A stretch of DNA of 64,000 nucleotides from Balanoglossus misakiensis (Eukaryota > Animalia > Hemichordata): positions 6,934,193-6,998,192 of the forward strand of contig CM082595.2 in assembly GCA_040954595.2 (NCBI GenBank). The letters are read 5' to 3'. This document shows positions 1 through 14,200 of the stretch, in pieces. Made by a program: the position numbers and the translations under genes. The notes under the pieces are model-generated. The model saw nothing but the letters and a program-made list of their open reading frames with translations. It was not told the DNA's origin and made no database searches. Position 1 is the first letter of the stretch. Each line of letters begins with the position of its first letter.

Positions 1-3000
1 ATATCTCCATGCATATGCAAATAAGGCCGATTTGAAAATTTTGCCCAAATATGGTCATCAGGTCACATGACTTATTAAACATTCACAAGGGTACAGCTCA
101 TGCTCTTATTGGCCTGCACCATTGTGCCAAGTTTGAGATTTGTAGGTTCAGCCGTTTTCAAGATGTACTTGACGAAAAAAATGGCACAAGAAGAAGAAGA
201 AGAATTAAAGCTGCAAGCAGCATTGTCCGGGCCCAAGCTCTATTATCTGATCTGCACATAATTAATGAGTAGAAACATAATGCTGTGTTTTATCCCATGA
301 CATATCAAGGTTATATCTATGTTTGGTGCTGATATTGGGTTAAGTAGGTCAAAGGTCATCTGAGGTCACCCAACATTTGGGCAGAAAATTTTGACCCATA
401 GTGGTGCATGTCCAACAAAAACCAGACCTCTAGCCCTTTTGGTAAGCCCAGAATTAGGTATGCACATAAATAATGAGTTAAGCAGGTGTCACAGGTGACC
501 CAAAACTTTGGCTTTTCAGTATGGCCCCATACCTCCCAACGCCAAGGCTGTATCTGCTGTGGATGATCAGATATCCAAAGTAGGTCAAAGGTCACCCGAG
601 GTCACCCAACATTTGTGCAAAATATTTTGACCCCATACTGGTCCATGTATAACAAAAACAAAACCTCTAGGTCTATTGGTTCATCATTAATTAGGTATGC
701 GCATATTTAATGAGGTCAGTAGAGGTCAAAGGGGTCATGAAAAGTAGCAATATTTTTTGATCACATACAAATCCACATACATCAAAAACCAAACTTATAG
801 CCCTATTGGTTAGCCTGGAATTAGATATGCAGAAAAATGATGCGTCCAAAGTAGGTCAAAGGTCATTGACAAAATTACCAAAATATTTATAGCTTATTCT
901 TGTCATATGATGATTCATATCCATAAAAAGAATTTCTGTGCTATCAATTTTTAGGCTAGAAAAGGAATTTTTACTTTTTAATCGTTTTTCACAAAATCCA
1001 ATATGGCCGCCATAATCTTCGACCAATCACATTCCTCTTCGCAAACTTAATAGACATCTGTTGAATAACCACACACACAAAATCTTGTGACTCGGTTATT
1101 GCCGGTTCTCGAGAAGAAGAATTTTGAAATTTTACTAGGGTTTTTCGAAAATCCAATATGGCTGCCATAATCTTCGACCAATCACAATGATCTCCGCAAA
1201 CTTGATAGACATCAGTTAGGTGACCACATACCCCAAACCCCGTGTCTCGGTTATCACCGGTTCTGGAGAAGAAGATTTTTGAAATTTAAGCCAGATTTCA
1301 GAAAAAAAATTGTAGCAAAAAAACTGCAACATTGACAGCATAATTTCCAATTACAAAAATGTTTAACAGAAGGTAGTCTACCTGCACGCCAAATTTGAAG
1401 TCGATCTGACTTGTAGTTTCTGAGATCTGAGATTTGCATTTTTTCAGAAAATCCAAGATGGCCGCCAGGTCATGTGACTAATTAAAAATTCATGGGTTCA
1501 ATGCACGACTACTCATTGACCTTGACCACTGTAGCAAGTTTGAGAACTGTACCTGCAGTGGTGTCTGAGATCTAGAGCGACAAAGAAATGACAGAAGAAT
1601 AAAGAAAGAAAGAAAGAAGGAAAGACAGAAAAACCCCAACGAAACCAATAGGGCCCAAGCGCTGGTATGCGCTTGGGCCCTAAAAATTAAAGCTGCAAGC
1701 AGCGTTGGCGGGGCACAAGCGGTTCCCGTGGTGACCAGCAAATGCCACGGCTGTATCTGCTGGGGATACCAATATATGGGAAAGTAGGTCAAAGGTCACC
1801 TGAGGTCACCCCAAATTTGGCCAAAAAAAATTGGACCCCATACTAGTCTAGATCCAACAAAAAACCAGACCCCTAGCCCTATTGGTTCGCCTGCAATTAG
1901 ATATGCATATAATTAATGAGGTCTTGTGTAAGACTCCATTATGTGCTCAATCCCTATAAAAGCCAGGGCTCTAACTGCTCTGGATGCTGAGATATGGGAA
2001 AGTAGATCAAAGGTCACCCAAGGTCACCCAAAATTAGGGCATAAAATTTTGACCCCAGACTGGGCCATGTCCAACCAATACCACACCTCTAGCCCTATTG
2101 GGTAGCATGGAATTAGATATGCAGAAAAATGATGTTACAGAAATAGGTCAAAGGTCATTGCCAAAATTACCAAAAAAATTGTGTCATGTCCTGGCAGCAT
2201 TGGTACCCATGTCCACAAAATTCATGACTGTGGTGCTTTTACAAGAGGAGGTATGGGGAATATGCATATATAATTAGTTGTTTTAAAACAGGGTCAAAGG
2301 TCATGTGAAAATTGCCCCGAAAAATTGTGACAACTTCCGGTCATATGATGACTCATATCCAAAAAAAGAATTTCCGTGCTGTCAACATTTTGGCTACAAA
2401 ACAGAATTTTCATTTTTCAATGGTTCTCCGAAAATCCAACATGGCCGCCATAATGATCGACCAATCACAGTGCGCTTCGCAAACTTGATAGACATAGGTT
2501 AGGTGACCACATACCCCAAATCCCGAGACTCGGTAACCGCTGGTTCTGGAGAAGAAGATTTTTAAAGTTTTAAGTAGTTTTTCAGAAAAACAATTGTAGC
2601 AAAAAAACTTTATGTATGACGTCATGATTTCAATGGGGTAAAATGATGGGCAGAAGGTAGGCTACCTGCACACCAAATTTGAACTCGATCGGCCCTGTAG
2701 TTTTTGAGAAGGACTCATTTAACGGTTTTCAGGAAATCCAATATGGCCGCCAGGTCACATGACTAATTAAATATTCACGGGCCACTGCACGTATACTCAT
2801 TGGCCCCTATCACCCTACCAAGTTTCAGCCCCCTAGGTGCTGCGGTTTTCCAGATCTACCTGGCCGAATTTCTCGGAAGAAGAAGAAGAAGAAGAATAAA
2901 TATAGCTGCAAGCAGCAATGGCGGGCCCAAGCCAACATAGCACATAGCAACATAGCAATAAGCATATCTGCTCTGGATGCCAAGATATGGAAAAGTAGGT

Positions 3001-4374
3001 CAAAGGTCACCTGAGGTCATGCAAAATTTGGGCGAGAAATTTTGACCCTATACTGGTCCATGTTCATCAAAAACCAAACCTATAGCCCTATTGGTTAGCC
3101 TGGAATTAGGTATGCACATAATTAATGAGGTAGGCAGGTGTCACAGGTGACCCCCCAATTTGGCTTTTCAATTTTAGTCCCAACCCTCCAAACGCCAAGT
3201 CTGTACCTGCTCTCGATGCCAAGATCTGGTAAAGTAGGTCAAAGGTCACCTGAGGTCATGCAAAATTTGGGCAAGAAATTTTGACCCTGTACTGGTCCAT
3301 GTTCAACAAAAACAAAACCTGTAGCCCTATTGGTTAGCCTGGAATTAGGTATGCACATAATTAATGAGATATGCAGGTGTCACAGGTGACCCCTATTTTG
3401 GCTTTTCAACTTTAGTCCCAACCCTCCAAACGCCAAGTCTGTACCTGCTCTGGATGCCGAGATATAGGAAAGTAGGTCAAAGGTCACCTGAGTTCACCCC
3501 AAATTTGGGCAAGAAATGTTGGCCCTATACTGGTCCATGTCCCACAAGAACGAAACATCTAGCCCTCTTAGTTAGCCCAGAATTAGGTATGCACATAATT
3601 AATGAGTTAAGCAGGTGTTACAGGTGAGCCTAAAATTTTGCCTTTTATTTTGGTGCCATTGTGCTCACTGACCAATAGACACTCACTGTACAGGACTATC
3701 GCACTGACCAGAATTCCACAATAAGACATGGACATAGCTTAACCATAGAGGTATAAGCAAAGGTATAAATTTAATAAACAAATTAATATAAAAAAATCTG
3801 TCGATTTTTCATATTATTTTTTTCTGCTTAAAATTATTGACAAATGCTAGGCTTGCTGCACACCAAAGTTGGAGATGATCGGCCTAACAGATTTTGAGAT
3901 ATGTATGCATGTTTATCCAAAATAATATGTGGTCATAGCTTTACTATGTAAAGTATAGGCCCATGGCTTGGTCAAAAAATATGGAAAATAATACTTAAAA
4001 ATCTTCTTCTCAAAATTGGCATGGCCAATGGCCTTGACATTTGGCATGTAGGACACTGACCACATGGTCCGCAAAAGTTGCTATAAGAATTGTGATATCT
4101 CCATTCATATGCAAATAAGGCGGATTTGAAAACTTTGCCCATATATGGTCATCAGGTCACGTGACTAATTAAATATTCACAAGGGTACTGCACTAGCTCT
4201 CATTGGCCTGCACCATTGTGCCAAGTTTGAAATTGGTAGGTTTAGCAGTTTTCCAGATCTACCTCGCCAAAGAAAATGACAGAAGAAGAAAAAGAAGAAG
4301 AAGTAGAAGAATATAGCTGCAAGCAGCAATAGCAGGCCCAAGCCAACATAGCACATAGCAACATAGCAATACGC

Positions 4375-5280
4375 ATATCTGCTCTGGATGCCAAGATATG
4401 GTAAAGTAGGTCAAAGGTCACCTGAGGTCATGCAAAATTTGGGCAAGAAATGTTGACCCTATACTGGTCCATGTTCAACAAAAACCAAACCTATAGCCCT
4501 ATTGGTTAGCCTGGAATTAGGTATGCACATAATTAATGAGGTAGGCAGGTGTCACAGGTGACCCCCAGTGTTGCCTTTTCAATTTTAGTCCCAACCCTCC
4601 AAACGCCAAGTCTGTACCTGCTCTGGATGCCAAGATATGGTAAAGTAGGTCAAAGGTCACCTGAGGTCATACAAAATTTGGGCAAGAAATTTTGACCCTA
4701 CACTGGTCCATGTTCAACAAAAACCAAACCTATAGCCCTATTGGTTAGCCTGGAATTAGGTATGCACATAATTAATGAGATATGCAGGTGTCACAGGTGA
4801 CCCCCATTTTGGCTTTTCAATTTTAGTCCCAACCCTCCAAACGCCAAGTCTGTACCAGCTCTGGATGCCAAGATATGGTAAAGTAGGTCAAAGGTCACCT
4901 GAGGTCATACAAAATTTGGGCAAGAAATTTTGACCCTACACTGGTCCATGTTCAACAAAAACCAAACCTATAGCCCTATTGGTTAGCCTGGAATTAGGTA
5001 TGCACATAATTAATGAGATATGCAGGTGTCACAGGTGACCCCCATTTTGGCTTTTCAATTTTAGTCCCAACCCTCCAAACGCCAAGTCTGTACCAGCTCT
5101 GGATGCCGAGATATACGAAAGTAGGTCAAAGGTCACCTGAGGTCACCCAAAATTTTGGCAAGAAATTTTGACCCTATACTGGTCCATGTCCCACAAGAAC
5201 GAAACCTCTAGCCCTCTTAGTTAGCCCAGAAGTAGGTATGCACATAATTAATGAGTTAAGCAGGTGTTACAGGTGAGCCT
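4375..5280. repeat. Example block of four tandem ~240-bp internal subrepeats of the HINE unit
   Basis: ctgctctggatgccaagatatggtaaagtaggtcaaaggtcacctgaggtca... recurs at about 4379, 4618, 4857 and 5096. The same subrepeat occurs in every complete unit. Confidence 0.95.
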
Positions 5281-8200
5281 CAAATTGTGCCTTCTATTTT
5301 GGTGCCATTGTGCTCACTAACCACAAGACAGTCACTGTACAGGACTATTGCACAGACCAGAATTCCACAATAAGACATGGACATAGCTTAACCATAGAGG
5401 TATAATTAAAGGTATAAATTTCATAAGAAAATTAATATAAAAAAATCGGTCGATTTTTCATACTATTTTTTTTCGCTTAAAATTATTGACAAATACTAGG
5501 CTAGCTGCACACCAAAGTTGGAGATGATTGGCCAAACAGATTTTGAGATATGTATGCATATTTATCCAAAATAATATGTGGCCTTAGCTTTACTATGGAA
5601 AGTATAGGCCCATGGCTTGGTCAAAAAATATGAAAAATAATACTTAAAAATCTTCTTCTCAAAATTGGCATGGCCAATGTCCTTGACATTTGGCATGTAG
5701 GACACTGACCACATGGTCCGCAAAAGTTGCTAAAAGAATTTTGATATCTCCATTCATATGCAAATAAGGCCGATTGGAAAATTTTGCCCATATATGGTCA
5801 TCAGGTCACGTGACTAATTAAACATTCACAAGGGTACTGCACTAGCTCTCATTGGCCTGCACCATTGTGCCAAGTTTGAAATTTGTAGGTTTAGCCGTTT
5901 TCCAGATCTAGCTGACCAAAAAAAACGACAGAAGAAGAAGAAGAAGTAGAAGAAAAACCCCAGTAAAAACAATAGGGCCCAAGCCTGCTGGGCTTGGGCC
6001 CTAAATATAGCTGCAAGCAGCAATAGCGGGCCCAAGCCAACATAGCACATAGCAACATAGCAATAAGCATATCTGCTCTGGATGCCAAGATATGGTAAAG
6101 TAGGTCAAAGGTCACCTGTGTTCATGCAAAATTTGGGCAAGAAATTTTGACCCTATACTGGTCCATGTTCAACAAAAACCAAACCTATAACCCTATTGGT
6201 TAGCCTGGAATTAGGTATGCACATAATTAATGAGGTAGGCGGGTGTCACAGGTGACCCCCAGTGTTGCCTTTTCAATTTTAGTCCCAACCCTCCAAACGC
6301 CAAGTCTGTACCTGCTCTGGATGCCGAGATATGGTAAAGTAGGTCAAAGGTCACCTGAGGTCATACAAAATTTGGGCAAGAAATTTTGACCCTATACTGG
6401 TCAATGTTCAACAAAAACCAAACCTATAGCCCTATTGGTTAGCCTGGAGTTAGGTAAGCACATAATTAATGAGGTAGGCAGGTGTCACAGGTGACCCCCA
6501 ATTTTGGCTTTTCAATTTTAGTCCCAACCCTCCAAACGCCAAGTCTGTACCTGCTCTGGATGCCGAGATATGGTAAAGTAGGTGAAAGGTCACCTGAGGT
6601 CATGCACAATTTGGGCAAGAAATTTTGACCCTATACTGGTTTATGTTCAACAAAAACCAAACCTATAGCCCTATTGGTTAGCCTGGAATTAGGTATGCAC
6701 ATAATTAATGAGATATGCAGGTGTCACAGGTGACCCCCATTTTGGCTTTTCAATTTTAGTCCCAAACCTCCAAACACCAAGTCTGTACCTGCTCTAGATG
6801 CGGAAATATAGGAAAGTAGGTCAAAGGTCGCCTGAGGTCACCCAAAATTTGGGCAAGAAATTTTGACCCTATACTGGTCCATGTCCCACAAGAACGAAAC
6901 CTATAGCCCTCTTAGTTAACCCAGAATTAGGTATGCACATAATTAATGAGTTAAGCAGGTGTTACAGGTGAGCCTAAAATTGTGCCTTTTATTTTGGTGC
7001 CATTGTGCTCACTGACCAATAGACAGTCACTGTACAGGACTATTGCACAAACCAGAATTCCACAATAAGACATGGACATAGCTTAACCATAGAGGTATAA
7101 GTAAAGGTATAAATTTCATAAAAAAATTAATATAAAAAAATCGGTCGATTTTTCATATTATTTTTTTTCGCTTAAAATTATTGACATATGCTAGGCTAGC
7201 TGCACACCAAAGTTGGAGATGATTGGCCTAACAGATTTTGAGATATGTATGCATATTTATCCAAAATAGTATGTGGTCATAGCTTTACTATGGAAAGTAT
7301 AGGCCCATGGCTTGGGTGAAAAATATGAAAAATAATACTTAAAAATCTTCTTCTCAAAATTGGCATGGCCAATGGCCTTGACATTTGGCATGTAGAACCC
7401 TGACCACATGGTCCACAAAAGTTGCTAAAAGAATTTTGATATCTTCATGCATATGCAAATAAGGCCGATTTGAAAATTTTGCCCATATATGGTCATCAGG
7501 TCACATGACTAATTAAACATTCACAAGGGTACAGCTCAAGCTCTCATAGGCCTGCACCATTGTGCCAAGTTTTAGATTTGTAGGTTCAGCCGATTTCAAG
7601 ATCTACTTGACGAAAAAAACGGCACAAGAAGAAGAAGAAGAAGAAGAAGAATATAGCTGCAAGCAGCAATAGCGGGCCCAAGCCAACATAGCACATAGCA
7701 ACATAGCAATAAGCATATCTGCTCTGGATGCCAAGATATGGAAAAATAGGTCAAATGTCACCTGAGGTCATGCAAAATTTGGGCGAGAAATTTTGACCCT
7801 ATACTGGTCCATGTTCATCAAAAACCAAACCTATACCCCTATTGGTTAGCCTGGAATTAGGTATGCACATAATTAATGAGGTAGGCAGGTGTCACAACTG
7901 ACCCCAATTTGGCTTTCCAATTTGAGTCCCAACCCTCCAAACGCCAAGTCTGTACCTGCTCTGGATGCCGAGATCTGGTAAAGTAGGTCAAAGGTCACCT
8001 GAGGTCATGCAAAATTTGGGCAAGAAATTTTGACCCTATACTGGTCCATGTTCAACAAAAACCAAAACTATAGCCCTATTGGTTAGCCTGGAATTAGGTA
8101 TGCACATAATTAATGAGATATGCAGGTGTCACAGGTGACCCCTATTTTGGCTTTTCAATTTTAGTCCCAACCCTCCAAACGCCAAGTCTGTACCTGCTCT

Positions 8201-11200
8201 GGATGCCGAGATATAGGAAAGTAGGTCAAAGGTCACCTGAGGTCACCCCAAATTTGGGCAAGAAATTTTGACCCTACACTGGTCCATGTCCCACAAGAAC
8301 GAAACCTCTAGCCCTCTTAGTTAGCCCAGAATTAGGTATGCACATAATTAATGAGTTAAGCAGGTGTTACAGGTGAGCCTAAAATTGTGCCTTTTATTTT
8401 GGTGCCATTGTGCTCACTGACCAAAAGACAGTCACTGTACAGGACTATTGCACTGACCAGTATTCCACAATAAGACATGGACATAGCTTAACCATAGAGG
8501 TATAAGTAAAGGTATAAATTTAATAAAAAAATTAATATAAAAAAATCGGTCGATTTTTCATATTATTTTTTTCCGCTTAAAATTATTGACAAATGCTAGA
8601 CTAGCTGCACACCAAAGTTGGAGATGATCGGCCCAACAGATTTTGAGATATGTATGCATATTTATCCAAAATAATATGTGGTCATAGCTTTACTATGGAA
8701 AGTATAGGCCAATGGCTTGGTGAAAAAATATGAAAAATAATACTTAAAAATCTTCTTCTCAAAATTGGCATGGCGAATGGCCTTGACATTTGGCATGTAG
8801 GACACTGACCACATGGTCCGCAAAAGTTGCTAAAAGAATTTTGATATCTCCATTCATATACAAATAAGGCCAATTTGAAAATTTTGCCCATATATGGTCA
8901 TCAGGTCACATGACTTATTAAACATTCACAAGGGTACAGCTCATGCTCTCATTGGCCTGCACCATTGTACCAAGTTTGAGATTTGTAGGTTCAGCCGTTT
9001 TCAAGATGTACTTGACGAAAAAAACGGCACAAGAAGAAGAAGAAGAAGAAGAAGAAAAACTCCAGTAAAAACAATAGGGCACAAGCCTGCTGGGCTTGTG
9101 CCCTAAAAAACTCCAGTAAAAACAATAGGGCACAAGCCTGCTGGGCTTGTGCCCTAAATATAGCTGCAAGCAGCAATAGCGGGCCCAAGCCAACATAGCA
9201 CATAGCAACATAGCAATAAGCATATCTGCTCTGGATACTAAGATATGGTAAAGTAGGTCAAAGGTCACCTGAGTTCATGCGAAATTTGGGCAAGGAATTT
9301 TGACCCTATACTGGTCCATGTTCAACAAAAATCACACCCCGAGCCCTATTGGCTAGCCTGGAATTAGGTATGCACATAATTAATGAGGTAGGCAGGTGTC
9401 ACAGGTGACCCCCAATTTTGCCTTTGCAATTTTAGTCCCAACCCTCCAAACGCCAAGTCTGTACCTGCTCTGGATGCCAAGATATGGTAAAGTAGGTCAA
9501 AGGTCACCTGAGGTCATACAAAATTTGGGCAAGAAATTTTGACCTTATACTGGTCCATGTTCAACAAAAACCAAACCTATAGCCCGATTGGTTAGCCTGG
9601 AATTAGGTATGCACATAATTAATGAGATATGCAGGTGTCACAGGTGACCCCAATTTCAAATTTTCAATTTTAGTCCCAACCCTCCAAACGCCAAGTCTGT
9701 ACCTGCTCTGGATGCCGAGATATAGGAAAGTAGGTCAAAGGTCACCTGAGGTCACCCAAAATTTGGGCAAGAAATTTTGACCCTATACGGGTCCATGTCA
9801 CACAAGAACGAAACCTCTAGCCCTCTTAGTTAGCCCAGAATTAGGTATGCAAATAATTAATGAGTTAAGCAGGTGTTACAGGTGAGCCTAAAATTGTGCC
9901 TTTTTTATTTTGGTGCCATTGTGCTCACTGACCAATAGACAGTCACTGTACAGGACTATTGCACAGACCAGAATTCCACAATAAGACGTGGACATAGCTT
10001 AACCATAGAGGTATAAGTAATGGTATAAATTTCATTAAAAAATTAATATAAAAAAATCGGTTGATTTTTCATATAATTTTTTTTCGCTTAAAATTATTGG
10101 CAAATGCTAGGCTACCTGCACACCAAAGTTGGAGTTGATTGGCCCAACAGTTTTTGAGATATGACTGCATATTCATCCAAAATAATATGTGGTCAAGGCT
10201 TAACTATGTATAGTATAGGCCGTTGGCTTGGGCGAAAAATATGGAAAATAATACTTAAAAATCTTCTTCTCAAAATTGACAAGGCCTATGGCCTTGACAT
10301 TTGGCATGTAGAACCCTGACCACATGGTCCAAAAAAGTTGCTAAAAGAATTTTGATATCTCCATGCATATGCTAATAAGGCCGATTTGAAAATTTTGCCC
10401 ATATATGGTCATCAGGTCACATGACTAATTAAACATTCACAAGGGTACAGCTCAAGCTCTCATAGGCCTGCACCGTTGTGCCAAGTTTCAGATTTGTAGG
10501 TTCAGCCGTTTTCAAGATTTACTTGACGAAAAAAACGGCACAAGAAGAAGAAGAAATATAGCTGCAAGCAGCGATGACGGGCCCAAGCTTAAGCTGAAGG
10601 TCAAAGGTCATATGTCGTCACCCAAAAGATGGGCAAGAAATTTTGACCCCATACTGGTCCATGTTCAACAAAAATCAAACCTCTAGCCCTATTGGTTAGC
10701 CAGGAATAAGGTATGCACATAATTAATGAGTTCAGCAGGTGTTACAGGTGACTTAATAATTTCACTTTTCATTTTCAACCCATCCCTCCAAACGCCAAGA
10801 CTGTACCTGCTCTGGATGCTGAGATATGGTTAAGTAGGTCAAAGGTCACCTGAGGTCACCCAAAATTTGGGCAAGAAATTTTGACCCTATACTGGTCCAT
10901 GTCCCATAAGAACAAAACCTCTAGCCCTATTAGTTATCCCTGAATTAGGTATGCACATAATTAATGAGATAAGCAGGTGTCACAGGTGACCCCCAATTTT
11001 GGCTTTTCAATTTTAGTCCCAACCCTCCAAACGCCAAGTCTGTACCTGCTCTGAATGCAGAGATATAGGAAAGTAGGTCAAAGGTCACCTGAGGTCACCC
11101 AAAATTTGGGCAAAATTTTTTGACCCCATACTGGTCCATGTTCCACAAGAACAAAACATCTAGCCATATTAGTTAGCCCAAAATTAGGTATGCACATAAT

Positions 11201-14200
11201 TAAAGAGTTAAGCAGGTGTTACAGGTGAGCCCAAAATTTTGCCTTTTATTTTGGTCCCATTCTGCTCACGGGCCAATAGACAGTCACTGTACAGGACCAT
11301 TGCATAGACGTGGACATAGCGTCATAGCTTAACTATAGAAAGTATAGGCCCTTGGCTGGGTCCAAAAATATGAAAAACTAATAATATTTAAAAGTCTTCT
11401 TCTCAAAATACACTTGGCCCACGGCCTTGATATTTGGTATGTTGGATACTGACCACATGGTCCAGAAAGTATCCTAACAGAATTTTGATATCTCCATTCA
11501 TATGCAAATTAGGCCCATTTGGAAACTTTGCCCATATATGGTCAACAGGTCACATGACTAATTAAACATTCACAAGGGTACTGTACCAGCTCTCATAGGC
11601 CTGCACCATTTTCCCAAGTTTGAAATTTGTAGGTTCAGCCGTTTTCAAGATCCTATTGGCCGAAAAAACTACACAAGAAAAAAAAGAAGAAAAACCAGGA
11701 TAATACCAATAGGGCCCAAGCGCAGCATGCGCTTGGGCCCTAAAAACTCCAGTAAAAACAATAGGGCCCAAGCCTGCTGGGCTTGGGCCCTAAATATAGC
11801 TGCAAGCAGCAATAGCGGGCCCAAGCCAACATAGCACATAGCAACATAGCAATAAGCATATCTGCTCTTGATGCCAAGATATGGTAAAGTAGGTCAAAGG
11901 TCAACTGAGGTCATGTTATATTTGGGCAAGAAATGTTTACCCTATACTGGTCCATGTTCAACAAAAACCAAACCTATAGCCCTATTGGTTAGCCTGGAAT
12001 TAGGTATGCACATAATTAATGAGATATGCAGGTGTCACAGGTGACCCCCAATTTTGGCCTTTCAATTTTAGTCCCAACCCTCCAAACGCCAATTCTGTAC
12101 CTGTTCTGGATGCCAAGATATGGTAAAGTAGGTCAAAGGTCACTTGAGGTCATGCAACATTTGGGCAAGACATTTTGACCCTATACTGGTCCATGTTCAA
12201 CAAAAACCAAACCTATAGCCCTATTTGTTAGCCTGGAATTAGGTATGCACATAATTCATTAGTTAAGCAGGTGTTACAGGTGAGCCTAAAATTTTGCCTT
12301 TTATTTTGGTGCCATTGTGCTCACTGACCAATAGATAGTCACTGTACAAGACTATTGCACAGACCAGAATTCCACAATAAGACATGGACATAGCTTAACC
12401 ATAGAGGTATAAGTAAAGGTATAAATTTAATAAAAAAATTAATATAAAAAAATCGGTCGATTTTTCATATTATTTTTTTCCGCTTAAAATTATTGATAAA
12501 TGCTAGGCTAGCTGCACACCAAAGTTGGAGATGATCGGCCTAACAGATTTTGAGATATGTATGCTTATTTATCCAAAATAATATGTTGTCATAGCTTAAC
12601 TATGTAAAGTATAGGCACATGGCTTGGGCGAAAAATATGAAAAATAATACTTAAAAATCTTCTTCTCAAAATTGACATGGCCTATGGCCTTGACATTTGG
12701 CATGTAGAACCCTGGCCATGTGGTCAACAAAGCTGACCCCCAGTGTTGCCTTTTCAATTTTAGTCCCAACCCTCCAAACACCAAGTCTGTACCTGCTCTG
12801 GATGCAAGATATGGTAAAGTAGGTCAAAGGTCACCTGAGGTCATACAAAATTTGGGCAAGACATTTTGACCCTATACTGGTCCATGTTCAACAAAAACCA
12901 AACCTATAGCCCTATTGGTTAGCCTGGAATTAGGTATGCACATAATTAATGAGATATGCAGGTGTCACAGGTGACCCCTATTTTTGCTTTTCAGTTTTTG
13001 TCCCAACCCTACAAACGCCAAGTCTGTACCTGCTCTGGGTGGCGAGATATAGAAAAGTAGGTCAAAGGTCACCTGAGGTCACCCAAAATTTGGGCAAGAA
13101 ATTTTGACCCTATACTGGTCCATGTCCCACAAGAACGAAACCTCTAGCCCTCTTAGTTAGCCCAGAATTAGGTACGCACATAATTAATGAGTTAAGCAGG
13201 TGTTACAGGTGAGCCTAAAATTGTGCCTTTTATTTTGGTGCCATTGTGCTCACTGACCACAAGACAGTCACTGTAATAGAGACCAGAATTCCACAATAAG
13301 ACATGGACATAGCTTAACCATAGAGGTATAATTAAAGGTATAAATTTCATAAAAAAATTAATATAAAAAAATCAGTCAATTTTTCATACTATTTTTTTTT
13401 CACTTAAAATTATTGACAAATGCTAGGCTAGCTGCACACCAAAGTTGGAGATGATTGGCCAAACAGATTTTGAGATATGTATGCATATATAGCCATAATA
13501 ATATGTGGTCTTAGCTTTACTATGGAAAGTATAGGCCCATGGCTTGGTCAAAAAATATGAAAAATAATACTTAAAAATCTTCTTCTCAAAATTGGCATGG
13601 CCAATGTCCTTGACATTTTGCATGTAGGACACTGACCACATGGTCCGCAAAAGTTGCTAAAATAATTTTGATATCTCCATTCATATGCAAATAAGGCCGA
13701 TTTGAAAAATTTGCCCATATATGGTCATCAGGTCACGTGACTAATTAAACATTCACAATGGTACTGCACTAGCTCTCATTGGCCTGCACCATTGTGCCAA
13801 GTTTGAAATTGGTAGGTTTAGCAGTTTTCCAGATCTACCTCACCAAAGAAAACGACAGAAGAAGAAGAAGAAGTAGAAGAATATAGCTGCAAGCAGCAAT
13901 AGCGGGCCCAAGCCAACATAGCACATAGCAACATAGCAATAAGCATATCTGCTCTGGATGCCAAGATATGGTAAAGTAGGTCAAAGGTCACCTGAGGTCA
14001 TGCAAAATTTGGGCAAGAAATTTCGACCCTATACTGGTCCATGTTCAACAAAAACCAAACCTATAGCCGTATTAGTTAGCCTGGAATTAGGTATGCACAT
14101 AATTAATGAGGTAGGCAGGTGTCACAGGTGACCCCCAATTTTGGCTTTTCAATTTTAGTCCCAACCCTCCAAACGCCAAGTCTGTACCTGCTCTGGATGC

